Positions 1 through 10,532 of a stretch of 64,000 nt of DNA are shown piece by piece (position 1 is the stretch's first letter; each line of letters opens with the position of its first letter). The notes beneath the pieces are model-generated. The model worked only from the letters and a program-made list of their open reading frames with translations, had not been told where the DNA came from and ran no database searches. A program made the translations under genes and the position numbers. This DNA is from Vulcanimicrobiota bacterium. GTDB taxonomy: Bacteria > Vulcanimicrobiota > Vulcanimicrobiia > Vulcanimicrobiales > Vulcanimicrobiaceae. Location: contig CAVRQT010000003.1 in NCBI GenBank assembly GCA_963723515.1, positions 608,001-672,000 of the forward strand, read 5' to 3'.

Positions 1-1120
1 ATGGCTCCTGGATTCCGCGAATGTGAATTGTATAGCGCAGTTTTCGGAACATTTCCGCTCGCAACGAGCTCCTTAACAAGCACGTCGCCGACATAAACAT
101 TGTCATGCTTCCTCGCTTGCCAGCCATCCCTGTGTTCAACACGAGCGCGCTTGCGCGCTCCGATAAGACCTGCGACTTGCATGAATGCTTGAGTATAAGA
201 AAGATTGGCAACTCGCGTGCAGTAGATGCCCGATTTTCCCCAGCCGGAAGTGGTCATTCTTGTAGTTGTCGGTACGCCAAGTGCGAGTAGAAGCAACTTA
301 ACGTGCTCGGTGAATTTGCGCGAAGTTGATGACCACGTTGGTACGCCAGTGGTGACTGTGCCATCGGCCTCGAAGAGTCCGCGCACGAACGCGCCATATA
401 CGATGGGATCGTTGGAGGCTAATACCGCGTCCGGAATATGTGGAACGTATCCCTTGCCTGAGTGGTTCTCCGTGGGGGCGGCCGCTTTCTGAATCCGCAT
501 GCTTCCCACCATAGCGTGAGCGGCACGGAATGTACTGACACGTCGATATAGCCTGCGGCTTGGGAGATCTTCGCTTCCAAATTGAAAAGCCGACGAATCA
601 GCAGAACGAGATGGTCCGCGACGTCAAAGTCATCTTGGCTCACGCAAAAGCGCAGGCCCTTACTGTGGAATGAGCCGTCACCCATGAAGTAGCCGATTAG
701 CTCCGCTAAGTCGGCATTCATAACTCGAGGTACACGCGTCGTATAGTCGCCGGTCCAATATTCTTCCGCGACGTCCGGGAGATTTACGACCTGTCTTGCA
801 CCTATAAGATTGCTCATTGAGAGAGGCACGATATCGTTTGACTTAACGTCGGCTAAGCGTTTCCATTCCGCATCACCAGTCGTGGTATTGATGACCTTAA
901 TGCGATGTGTAAGCGTTCCCTGAATTGCATAACCGCTTTTTGTAGTCAGGCGGCGCGTTGAATCGATGCCATTCACAAAGAACTTTGTCGCTCGCTGTTC
1001 TCCGTCGTCCGTTAAGACGCGAAAGTTAGCGTCTTGCCACTTTGAGCCGTTGATGTCTCCGAGACGATCGAGTCTAATCATTCCACGATCGGTTGTGACA
1101 AGCGAATCGCCGGTCAGGCA
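1..1120 (-). mobile_element. Intein with LAGLIDADG homing endonuclease (partial; C-terminal end outside window)
   Basis: Starts CLTGDSLVTTDRG right after IAPTG. Block B GTLTHRI and first motif LAELIGYFMGDGS are in the annotated ORF. Second motif AFVRGLFEADG lies in a shifted frame that stays open to base 1. Confidence 0.9.
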
Positions 1121-3121
1121 ACCAGTGGGCGCGATCACGGTCGTCTGTGCATTGCGGAAGCCTGAAACCTCGCCGACCGCAAGCGCTTCATCCCACATCT
1201 TGCGAGCGAGCGCCCATGTTTTTTCGGTGAACAAGATTGGCGCATGCGCTACCGGCCTGATAGAGAGCTTTTCGTATTCAGAATCATCTGCGTGGTAGGC
1301 GGCGCGGCGATGGTTGCGGATGACGCGCAGCATCGAATCCCAATTCTGTTCGTAACGCGCAAAGGCGCCGAACTGCTGCGCCATTTCCGCCGAACAGTGA
1401 TATGCGGTGCCGGTCATCAGTGATGTGATTGCGGCGCACCAACCGAACGCTTCTTCCGAATCATACGGCAAGCCCATACGCATCAATAGCGTGCCGAGGT
1501 TCGCGTATCCTAAGCCGAGCGTTCGGTAGTCGTAGGACTTTTGGGCGATATCTCGCGATGGGAATTGTGCCATGAGCACGCTGATCTCAAGCGTGAAGGT
1601 CCAGAAGCGACATGCGTCTGCAAAACACTTTGCATCAAATTCACCTTTGGCATCCTCAAATTTGACGAGGTTCATGCTAGCGAGGTTGCATGCCGTGTCA
1701 TCTAAAAACATGTATTCGGAGCACGGATTGCTTGCGTTGATGCGGCCGTCGCTCGCGCATGTATGCCACTCGTTAATCGTTGTGTCGTACTGAACGCCTG
1801 GATCAGCGCATTGCCAAGCTGAAAGCGCGATATCTTCCCATAACTGCGGGGCTGGAATATTCTTTGAAACAGTGCCGTTCGTACGCTCCCTCAACTGCCA
1901 TTCTTCGTTATTATCTAGCTTATCGAAGAAAGAATTTGGAACGCGAACTGAGTTGTTCGAGTTCTGGCCGGAAACGGTTCCATATGCTTTGCTATCCCAA
2001 TTGACATCGTAGGTCTCGATTTTGAGCTCTTTGTAGCCCTGTTTCGCAAAATCAAGCGCATACTGAACGTTCGCTTGCGGAATACCAGCTGTTAATGCTG
2101 CTCGTATTGCCGCGCGCAATGTGACGTTGAGTGCTGGATCCAGACGAGCCGCTTCAGGAATTCGCTCATCGTGTGCGGCTTTCATAATTGCGTTTAAATG
2201 CCGCTCGCAGGTGATGGAGCCGGCTACGAGGTCAGAAACTTTTTGCTCTTCTTTGACCTTCCAAAGAATGAAATCTTCAACATCGGGATGATCGAGATCG
2301 AGGCAGACCATCTTTGCAGCACGGCGTGTCGTGCCGCCGGATTTAATTGCGCCAGCCGCGCGGTCCCCGACGCGCAAAAAAGACATCAATCCAGATGAGG
2401 TGCCACCACCGGAAAGTCGTTCACCTTCGCCACGGATCTTGGAAAAATTTGAACCGGTGCCGCTGCCGAATTTGAAGATACGCGCTTCACGAACCCACAA
2501 GTCCATGATGCCGCCTTCGTTCACCAGATCATCGTTAACGGATTGAATGAAGCATGCGTGGGGCGCGGGATGCTCGTATGCGTTTACGCTGCGGGTTAGC
2601 TCTTTGGTCTTGGGATCGACGTAATAATGACCTTGGGCCGGGCCGGCAATACCATACGCCCAATGCAAGCCGGTGTTAAACCACTGCGGACTGTTCGGCG
2701 CGCCGATCTGGCGTGCAAGCATGGCGCACATCTCACCGTAATAAATCTGTGCGTCTCCTTCGGAATCAAAGTAGCCGTGCTTGAAGCCCCAGTACGTCCA
2801 GCATCCCGCTAAGCGATGAAAGACTTCTCGCGCATCATGCTCTCCGCCAAATTCAGCGCCATCATCGGGCTCGGTACGCCACAACCACTGCGGAACACCG
2901 TCTTCCGGAACGCGCCGGCCCTTTGTCGGAACTCCGGCTTTGCGACAATACTTTTGCGCTAGGACGTCGGTAGCGACTTGGCTCCAAGTTGCCGGGACCA
3001 TGACGTCCTTGGCTTCGAAAACGATGCCGCCGTCGGGATTGACGATGCGACTCGTTCTGGGTTCGAACGTAAGGCCGGCGTAGGGGTCGCCGGGAGCGGA
3101 GTAGGTGCGGCGAAACTTCAC
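1..3121 (-). CDS. nrdJ: Class II (adenosylcobalamin-dependent) ribonucleotide reductase with intein; runs off the left edge of the window, frameshift near 475
   Basis: NSPQWFNTG, GSGTGSNFS, SGGTTRRAAKM, thiyl-radical motif NPCSE, CNLAS, IAPTG. GTG start at 3121 with upstream AGAGGG RBS. Confidence 0.95.
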
Positions 3122-3163
3122 TGAAGCGTCCCTCTCTGAGTAAAGTGTTCGTTTAGGCGTGCC

Positions 3164-3177
3164 CGAACACCTGTTCG
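3164..3177. promoter_or_regulatory. LexA (SOS) box, GAAC-N4-GTTC type
   Basis: CGAACACCTGTTCG, 43 nt upstream of the nrdJ start. Confidence 0.75.
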
Positions 3178-3202
3178 ATTCAGCGCAAAAGGCGCTAAAT
3201 TA

Positions 3203-3250
3203 GTACCAAATATTGTACCGCTGAAGCAGCACGGATACAATATCTGGTAT
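3203..3250. promoter_or_regulatory. Tandem NrdR boxes
   Basis: GTACCAAATATTGTAC (3203-3218) and ATACAATATCTGGTAT (3235-3250) both fit acaCwAtATaTwGtgt at the core positions, 32 bp start to start, upstream of nrdJ. Confidence 0.88.
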
Positions 3251-3392
3251 TTCGCTCCTTGTGCCGAAGTTGCGAAAAACCCGAATTTCCTGGGGATAGC
3301 CGCCGCGTTTATGTGCAGAGCGGGTCACAGGGTCCCATGCCATATGTGCATATGTCCGAGGATAGTGAGGAAAACTCGCGCAAACGCGCTCC

Positions 3393-3875
3393 ATGTTCCG
3401 ACCCGATCGGTTTGCGCCGCGCCTTTGCGATGTCTCGCTCGACGAGCTCGCCGCGCGGGGGATTCGCGGACTGATCATTGACCTCGACAACACGCTTGTC
3501 GCGTACCGCTGTTCCGACGTTATCAGCGACCATCTGGGCTGGGTGGAACTCGCGAGGCAGCGGGGGCTAAAGATCGTCATGGTCTCGAATAATTTCAGCG
3601 AGCGCGTTCGTTCAATCGCCGCTCAATTGAACGTGCAGTGCGTCCCCAATGCGCTAAAACCGTTACCAACGGGATTTTGGCGCGCCAAACGTGCCCTCAA
3701 CCTATCGCGTAAGGAGATCGCGGTCGTCGGCGATCAGCTTTTCACCGACGTCCTCGGCGCGCGTCTCTTTGGTTTTTATACGATTCTCACCGAGCCGATC
3801 GAGCCGCACGACTTCGCGCTCACGCGCGTCTTTCGGTTCTTTGAACGACTCGTGTTGCCGCAGCGTCATAGCTAA
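3393..3875 (+). CDS. yqeG: YqeG-family HAD IIIA phosphatase
   Basis: DLDNTL, SNN, KP and VGDQLFTD motifs; adjacent to aroE. Confidence 0.9.
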   Translation: MFRPDRFAPRLCDVSLDELAARGIRGLIIDLDNTLVAYRCSDVISDHLGWVELARQRGLKIVMVSNNFSERVRSIAAQLNVQCVPNALKPLPTGFWRAKRALNLSRKEIAVVGDQLFTDVLGARLFGFYTILTEPIEPHDFALTRVFRFFERLVLPQRHS

Positions 3876-4604
3876 ATGAAGCTTGCCGTCATCGGTGATC
3901 CCGTCGCGGCAAGTCGTAGCCCCGAATTGCAACGCCGGTTTATGGAAGAGGCCGGCATCGACGGCGATTACGTTGCAATCCGCGTCGGCAAGGGATACGC
4001 GGCGGACGCGATATGGCGGCTTCGCGATGACGGGTACGCCGGTTGTAACCTCACCACGCCGTTGAAAGAAGAAGCTGTCGCATCGTGCGACGCGCTGGAT
4101 GAAGATGCGCGACTGGCCGGAGCCGTAAACACGCTCTTCTTCGGAAGAAAAATCTTCGGCGCGAACACCGATGGTATCGGCGCTCGGAGCGCGTTGGAAA
4201 CCGCGATGGGCGAGCCGGTCTCACTGCATCGGATAGGTATACTCGGCACCGGCGCCACGGCTCGTGCAATTCTGGCGCAGTTGCATGAAACCGACGCTTA
4301 CACGTTTTGTTGGGGGCGCGATACTGAGAAAGTCGTCGCAATTTGCGAGCGATTCGAGTGCCAAATTTGGCCGCCGAATCCGCCGGAAATCGTCATTTCG
4401 TGCCTGCTGCCTGAAGCGGAACTCCCACGGCCACTAGCCGATGATCTTAGTCAGGCTGATTTGGTCATGGACGTAAACTACGGCGAACGCTCAACAATCG
4501 GCCGGCAGATTGGGCGGGACGTTATCCGCGGCGATCTGATGCTGGAGGCGCAAGCGCGCGCCTCATTTGATTTTTGGCTTGCGCATCTGGAGCGTGTGAT
4601 CTAG
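3876..4604 (+). CDS. aroE: Shikimate dehydrogenase (short form)
   Basis: IGDPVAASRSP, NLTTPLKE, GAVNT, NTDG, GTGATAR. Confidence 0.88.
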   Translation: MKLAVIGDPVAASRSPELQRRFMEEAGIDGDYVAIRVGKGYAADAIWRLRDDGYAGCNLTTPLKEEAVASCDALDEDARLAGAVNTLFFGRKIFGANTDGIGARSALETAMGEPVSLHRIGILGTGATARAILAQLHETDAYTFCWGRDTEKVVAICERFECQIWPPNPPEIVISCLLPEAELPRPLADDLSQADLVMDVNYGERSTIGRQIGRDVIRGDLMLEAQARASFDFWLAHLERVI

Positions 4605-4616
4605 CCGACAGCAGCA

Positions 4617-5009
4617 TTACTCTGCGCGGCAGCACACCTCGAGCGGGTGACCATCCGGATCATCGAAAAAAATCGCGTAATATCGAGGCCCTTCATCGTA
4701 ATTTGGGCCCTCAACCCGCGTGCCGATATTGCGTAAGATCGTAGCGACTTTATCGACTTCATCGTTCGACGTCGCAACGAAAGCGATGCGGTTCAGGTTC
4801 GGCGTTGCTGCAGCGTCCTCAGTGAATCCAAACCATTCGAAGTCGGCGGGACTTGTTCTATCGATCGAAACGTCGTAGTACGAAGTCCACATATCGCCGT
4901 CGCGGCGCGAAAAGCCTAAAGCGCCGAAGAGCGCATCGTAAAATGCGATCGACCGGTTTCGATCGCGAACGCGTAGATCAACGTGCGAAAGCAGAGGACG
5001 TGCCATCAC
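4617..5009 (-). CDS. VOC/glyoxalase family protein
   Basis: HVDLRVRD..RSIAFYD; YYAIFFDDPDGHPLEVC. Confidence 0.85.
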   Translation of the reverse strand: MMARPLLSHVDLRVRDRNRSIAFYDALFGALGFSRRDGDMWTSYYDVSIDRTSPADFEWFGFTEDAAATPNLNRIAFVATSNDEVDKVATILRNIGTRVEGPNYDEGPRYYAIFFDDPDGHPLEVCCRAE

Positions 5010-5034
5010 GGGGACCCCTTATCGTTGTCTTTTA

Positions 5035-5220
5035 TCAGCATGCGGAGAGGGAGAGATTCGCGCTATTCACCAAGCTCAGCGTGACAGGTGCCAAGGGCCT
5101 CGACAACCTCTAGAGCCTCTCTCGACTTCAACGTCTCCCTCGGCCGTAGCTGAGTAAAGACCCGCGCCGGAGTCTTTGTCAGCATGCGGAGAGGGAGAGA
5201 TTCGAACTCTCGAGAGGCTC
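5035..5220. repeat. tRNA-Ser-derived repeat unit: one direct and one inverted copy of the tRNA 3' end
   Basis: TCAGCATGCGGAGAGGGAGAGATTCG at both 5035-5060 and 5179-5204; 5113-5161 is a degenerate inverted copy of 5172-5220. Confidence 0.8.
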
Positions 5221-5274
5221 ATCACCTCTGCCCGCTTTCCAAGCGAGTGCATTCAACCGCTCTGCCACCTCTCC
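5187..5274 (-). tRNA. tRNA-Ser(GGA)
   Basis: Reverse complement gives GGAGAGG acceptor stem, anticodon arm CTCGC-TTGGAAA-GCGGG, long variable arm, TTCGAAT T-loop; CCA not encoded. Confidence 0.95.
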
Positions 5275-5326
5275 CCAACTGCGTCGATGGCCGTGCGCGT
5301 CGACGCTCCCGAACCGCGCTTTGGTT

Positions 5327-5911
5327 CTAGTCGCCGGCCGTCGAGCCCGCTAGGCGGCTGAAGTACGCGATGCGCGCGGCTTCTTCAACGAGATCCGTTT
5401 GCAAGAACGCGTCTTCGATTGAAGCAGACACGGATAGCAAGCCGTGCCGCTCCATCAATACGTTATCCGCACCCTTAAGTGCGGCAGCGACTTCATTAGC
5501 AAGTTCGACTGTTCCGGGCGGCTGGTACGGCGCAACGGCAACGTCGCGCAGCGTCTCGCGTGCTCCAACCGTATCGCGTGGCAGAACGGTGTTGTGCTTG
5601 GACCAGATGACGCAAAACGTCGGGTGCGTGTGCAGGGCGACGTTGATGTCCGGACGCGTTTGATACGCCGCGACATGCAATTGATACTCGGTCGTCGGAC
5701 GCCGTTTTTCATCGTGCGGCCGGCCGAATGAATCGGTGACGACAAAATCCGCAGTCCGCAATTCACGCAAGCAAACACCGGCGCGCGTGAGCAACAGTGA
5801 GCCGTCATCGAGGCGCGCGCTGAGATTGCCGCTGCTCCCGCTGACGAGCCGCCGCTCCCACAGTGCGCGTCCGATTTCGGTCAACTCATAGAGCGCGGCA
5901 CGATACTTCAC
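5327..5911 (-). CDS. Class II aldolase/adducin family protein
   Basis: SGNLSAR, PTTEYQLH, HTHP, HGLL Zn-binding pattern. Confidence 0.88.
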   Translation of the reverse strand: MKYRAALYELTEIGRALWERRLVSGSSGNLSARLDDGSLLLTRAGVCLRELRTADFVVTDSFGRPHDEKRRPTTEYQLHVAAYQTRPDINVALHTHPTFCVIWSKHNTVLPRDTVGARETLRDVAVAPYQPPGTVELANEVAAALKGADNVLMERHGLLSVSASIEDAFLQTDLVEEAARIAYFSRLAGSTAGD

Positions 5912-5990
5912 GAGGCCGCAGGCGTACGACAGCGCACGCGAGGCTACCTAGCCGAAGGCGTCGCCATTCGCTCGGACAATAGCGGGCGAC

Positions 5991-7590
5991 ATGGGGGTCG
6001 ATCAGCGTGCGCAGCGCGTGATCGTCGCGGAGCCGTTCTCAAAGAGTGGTTTGAACGTCTTGCGCAGCGCTGCGGTCGACGTCGTTGAATGTTCGAGCGG
6101 CGATCGCGATGGTCTGATCGACGCAATGCAGGGCGCCGACGGGCTGATCGTGCGCTCGCAGACGCGAGTCGATGCGGCGCTCATCAGCGGAGCGCCGACT
6201 TTGAAGGTCATCGGCGCGAGCGGGTGTCGGCGTTGACTCGATTGACGTCGATGCAGCGACGCACGCCGGCATCATCGTGCTCAACACGCCGAGCGCCAAC
6301 GTCCTTGCAGCGGCAGAGCAAACTTTTGCATTGATGCTCGGCTTCTTTCGGCGTACGCCGCAGGCGAATGCATCCCTTAAGTCGGGAAAGTGGGAACGGG
6401 CGCAGTTGGTCGGACGCGAGTTATACGGCAAGACGCTGGGGATTGCCGGCCTCGGTCGGATCGGCGCCGCGGTCGCACAGCGCGCCAAGAGCTTTGGGAT
6501 GAAGGTTCTGGTTTACGACCCGTACGTATCGGCGGCTAGCGCTGAGGAACACGGCGCACAATCGCTGCCGCTGGACGAAATGTTGATGCAATCTGATGTC
6601 GTCACGCCTGCATCTGCCGTTGAATGACGAGACCGAAAATCTGATCGACGCATCGAGGCTGAGAGAAGATGAAACCGCAGGCACTCTTGGTCAATTGCGC
6701 TCGTGGCGGATTAGTTGATGAAGAGGCGCTGCTTGAGGCGCTCGATCGAGGTGCGATCTCAGGCGCCGCGCTGGATGTATTCGTCCACGAACCGGTCAAG
6801 AGTGGAACCTCGAGCGCGCGCTTGCAAGCGCATCCTCATGTATTGGCAACGCCGCATCTGGGTGGTTCGACGCATGAAGCTTTTGAACGCGTTGCAGTCG
6901 AGTTGGCACGCGACATCGTCAATGTTTTGCGTGGGCTGCCGGCAGAAGGCGCCGTCAACGCGCCCATTCCGCGCGGCGCGGATGCACAGAAGCTTCGTCC
7001 CTACGCCGAGCTCGCATACCGCTTGGGCATTCTTTGTCCGCAATTGCAAGAGACGCCGCATCTGCAGCCGATCTCAATGACGCTGAGCGGCGATATTGCC
7101 AGCGCAAATCCTGCGCCGCTCGTTACGGCGTTTCTTTCAGGTGCTTTGCAGAAGACAGCGGATCGCCGTATTAGCGTCGTAAACGCTGACGCTATAGCGC
7201 GTGAGCGCGGCATCGTCGTCACGACGCATCAACGGTCAACGGACGACTGGGTCGCGTCACTCGCGATCGACCTCGGCGCGCTGCATGTGATCGGCACGGC
7301 GTTGCACCACGGCTTGCGAATCGTACAAATCGATCGTTTTGAAATCGACGCCGCGCCGGAAGGAACGCTCATTGTGACCCGCCACCGCGACGTGCCCGGG
7401 ATGATTGGAAGAGTGGGAACGATTCTGGGTGATGCGGGCGTCAATATTTCAAACATGCAAGTCGCGCGCTTGAACGAGGGCGGCGAGGCGATGATGGTTC
7501 TTGCGATCGACCGCGAGCCGCCGCCAGCGACGGTGAGAACGCTCGAAGCTACTCCCGGACATCAGCTCCGCTCGCGTGGTTCACCTATAA
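5991..7590 (+). CDS. serA: D-3-phosphoglycerate dehydrogenase with ACT domain; broken by ~4 small frameshifts (near 6220, 6607, 6660, 7560)
   Basis: Fragments join to LIVRSQT, GLGRIG, NCARGG, TPHLGGST and C-terminal HRDVPGMIGRVG..NISNMQV; TAA at 7588-7590. Confidence 0.9.
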
Positions 7591-7593
7591 GAA

Positions 7594-8223
7594 ATGCCGA
7601 GTGTCTTCATCGCGCGTCACGGCGAAACGACGTGGAACATTACGGGCCGCTACCAGGGACGCTTAGAATCGCCGCTGTCGCCGCTTGGAATCGCACAGTC
7701 GCAGCGGCTCGCAGATTCACTGGCGTCCCATCCGTTAAAGCGCATCATCAGCAGCCCGCTGGGCCGCTGCGTGGACACGGCGAAGAGCGTCGCGGAACGA
7801 TTCGGTTTAGCCGTTGAGATTGAACCCTTGCTGATCGAAATCGCGCACGGCAGTTGGGAAGGGCGGTATCGCGATGAACTGGCGGCCAACGATCCCGAGC
7901 GCTACCGTCAATGGCGCCATGAGCCGGAAATCGTGCAATTTGAAAATGGCGAAAGCATTCGCGACGTTCTCGAGCGCTGGCGCCGTTTTATCAAAGGGTT
8001 TGTCGTCGGCGACGACACGCTGCTCGTTACGCACGATGCGGTCGTTCGCGTTGCGCTCGTCGACCGTTTGAAGCGGCCGCTTTCCGAGTTTTGGAAGTCG
8101 CGAGTGCTCAACGGCGCCTACGCGTGGTTTCAAGTGACGAACTCGCATTGGGAACTGGTGGAAGAATGCGTCAGCGATCATCTGATAGGCCTTGTCGCCG
8201 ATCCGTCGACGCAGGCGCTGTAG
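7594..8223 (+). CDS. Histidine phosphatase, probable metal-independent phosphoserine phosphatase (PspA/iPSP type)
   Basis: RHGET, GRYQG, EIAHG.WEG, C-terminal QAL; starts 3 nt after serA. Confidence 0.8.
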   Translation: MPSVFIARHGETTWNITGRYQGRLESPLSPLGIAQSQRLADSLASHPLKRIISSPLGRCVDTAKSVAERFGLAVEIEPLLIEIAHGSWEGRYRDELAANDPERYRQWRHEPEIVQFENGESIRDVLERWRRFIKGFVVGDDTLLVTHDAVVRVALVDRLKRPLSEFWKSRVLNGAYAWFQVTNSHWELVEECVSDHLIGLVADPSTQAL

Positions 8224-8298
8224 CACGATAGTGGTTTACCGCGGGGCCGCCGGGTATACTGAGAGTCACATCAGCCGTTTTTTGTTGGGAGATACGAA

Positions 8299-8841
8299 GT
8301 GACCGATACGACTCCGTTTTTATCGGACATCAAAGAGTTGCGTCGCCGAGCGCGCGAGCACATGGATCGAGGCGCTGTAACGGAGACCTACAAAGGCGAC
8401 GTCCACCGCACGGTGGACATCCTAAATCAGGCGCTCGCAACGGAGCTCGTCTGCGTATTGCGCTACAAGCGCCACTATTACATGGCGAAAGGCATTAACA
8501 GGGATTCGGTCGCGAACGAATTCTTAGCGCACGCCAACGAGGAGCAAGGCCACGCGGACCGGATTGCCGAGCGCATCACGCAGCTCGGCGGCGCACCCGA
8601 CTTCAATCCTCAAGGAATGGTCACGCGCAGTCACTCGGAGTACGTCGAGGGAACCAACTTGACCGACATGATTCGCGAAAATCTAGTTGCAGAACGGATC
8701 GCTATCGAGTCGTATACGGAAATCATTCGTTATTTCGGCTCGAACGATCCGACTTCACGCCGGCTGATGGAAGAGATATTGGCGGTCGAAGAAGAGCACG
8801 CCAACGACATGGCGGATCTGTTGGAGCAACAGGGCACATAA
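8299..8841 (+). CDS. Ferritin-like / DpsL-type bacterioferritin-like protein
   Basis: LNQALATELVCVLRYKRHY, EEQGHAD, ENLVAERIAI, EEEHAND di-iron motifs. Confidence 0.9.
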   Translation: MTDTTPFLSDIKELRRRAREHMDRGAVTETYKGDVHRTVDILNQALATELVCVLRYKRHYYMAKGINRDSVANEFLAHANEEQGHADRIAERITQLGGAPDFNPQGMVTRSHSEYVEGTNLTDMIRENLVAERIAIESYTEIIRYFGSNDPTSRRLMEEILAVEEEHANDMADLLEQQGT

Positions 8842-8849
8842 GGACACAT

Positions 8850-8936
8850 TTCGACAAGCTCACATTATCGACAAGCTCAATGTGACACCGGGACCACATC
8901 TAACAGCGGTAAGCCATGTTTCGACGAACTCAGCAT
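8850..8936. repeat. Degenerate REP-like repeat cluster (TCGACAAGCTCA units)
   Basis: TCGACAAGCTCA at 8851 and 8868, variant TCGACGAACTCAGCAT at 8921, related copy at 5066-5086; lies between convergent genes. Confidence 0.6.
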
Positions 8937-8982
8937 CGCACTGAAAACTATCGTCACATGCAAGTTCAGAATGCGCCGTTGG

Positions 8983-10446
8983 CTACTGACCTTGTGCTAA
9001 GCTGAACCCCGGTTTGCCGTCGAAGGTGTACAGTAGCTCCGTTTTGATGAAATCGACATTGTCGGATGCGAGGTGACCGAGCAGATCGATGATCGCATGG
9101 TGGCTCACGGTATGCGGGCCGTCGGCGAGAAACCGGCATGCCCAATGGTCGCTTAAGAATGTCTCCGGTGATCCATCCGGCCAGACCTTCGTGCCGCGAT
9201 TGCTCAACATCTGAAGCGCGAGCCCTTCCGGAGCCTTCGGCTGAAGAAGATTCGCGAGATCGTCCGCGCCGCCGCCCGTCCAATCGACGAAGACGTCGAT
9301 CCCAACCAAGCGTTTCTCTTCCATAGCCTTGAACGGGCGCGCATGTAAATCCATCGGTGCGCTTGCATTATATCGGACCGGCTTGAGCGTTAACGGCTCC
9401 TGGCCGAGCCGCTCGATCACCGCATCCGCAAACTCACGCGTCCCGACTTTTTGTTTGCTCGTCCCTTCCTTATAAATGTCGTAGGTGTGAATGCCGTCCT
9501 CGATCGTCTTGAGCCAGGCGTTGTGAACTTTCTGCGCGATTTCGCTCTGGCCGATATGGTTGAGCATCATGACGCCACCGAGCAACAATGCGGATGGGTT
9601 CGCCAGATTTTGACCGGCGCGCCGCGGCGCTGAGCCATGAATCGCCTCGAACATCGCACAGTGGTCGCCGATGTTAGCCGAACCCGCAATTCCCACGGAG
9701 CCGGCAATCTGCGCCGCGATATCCGAAAGCACGTCACCATAGAGATTCGGCATCACGAGAACGTCGAACGCCTCGGGCGTATCGGACATCTTAGCCGCGC
9801 CGATGTCGACGATCCAGTGCTCTTTCTCGATATCAGGATACTCTGCGCCGATCTCATCGAAGACCTTGTGAAAGAGACCGTCGGTCGCTTTTAAAATGTT
9901 GTCCTTCGTGAAGCAGGTGACTTTCTTGCGATTGTTCTGCTTTGCGTATTCAAACGCATAGCGGACCACTTTCTCTGACCCCGGGCGCGAAATCAATTTC
10001 AGCGCTTGCGTGACCTGTTGCGTTTGCCGGTGCTCGATGCCGCCGTAAACGTCTTCCTCGTTCTCACGCACGATGACGAGGTTCATCGTCGGGTATTTCG
10101 TGTCGATATAGGGATGAAGCGAAGCGCACGGCCGAACGTTCGCGTAGAGGCCGAGCGTCTTGCGAACGGTGACGTTCAGGCTCTTAAAACCGCCGCCTTG
10201 GGCGTGGTGATCGGTGCCTTGAGGAAAACTCGCGTTCGCCGCAGCGAATCCCATGAAGACGGCTCGATGCCGTTGCTAAGCCCACGCTTGTACACGCTTT
10301 CCCCGATTCGAAATGACTTCCGGCTCGATCTGCGCGCCCGCCGCGTTGATGATTCGCAGCGTCGCATCCATGATCTCGGGGCCGATGCCGTCACCGTAAG
10401 CAACGGTAATCGGCGTCTTCTTTTGTGTCGCAGTTATCGTCGTCAT
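8983..10446 (-). CDS. icd: Isocitrate dehydrogenase (long C-terminal form); frameshifts in the 5' part
   Basis: N-terminus MTTITATQKKTPITVAYGDGIG from ATG 10446 (GGAGG RBS), KAPITTP, RENEED, MPNLYGD, FEAIHGSAP, ends FSLAQGQ. Confidence 0.92.
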
Positions 10447-10532
10447 CGCAGTCCCTCCGGCAAACGACTGCTCGCTTTTTCAGCGGCACACAACAGCGGG
10501 TTACGCGCATCTGACATTGAAATGCCGCGTGC

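Noticed and set aside
3250..3392. Cobalamin riboswitch upstream of nrdJ
   Set aside because: No B12-box or recognisable riboswitch core on either strand.
5035..5204. Prophage or genomic island bounded by att sites at tRNA-Ser
   Set aside because: The direct repeats are only 144 bp apart, include non-tRNA trailer sequence, and enclose no integrase or cargo.
8850..8936. CRISPR array
   Set aside because: Units are about 12 bp, degenerate and irregularly spaced, and there are no cas genes.
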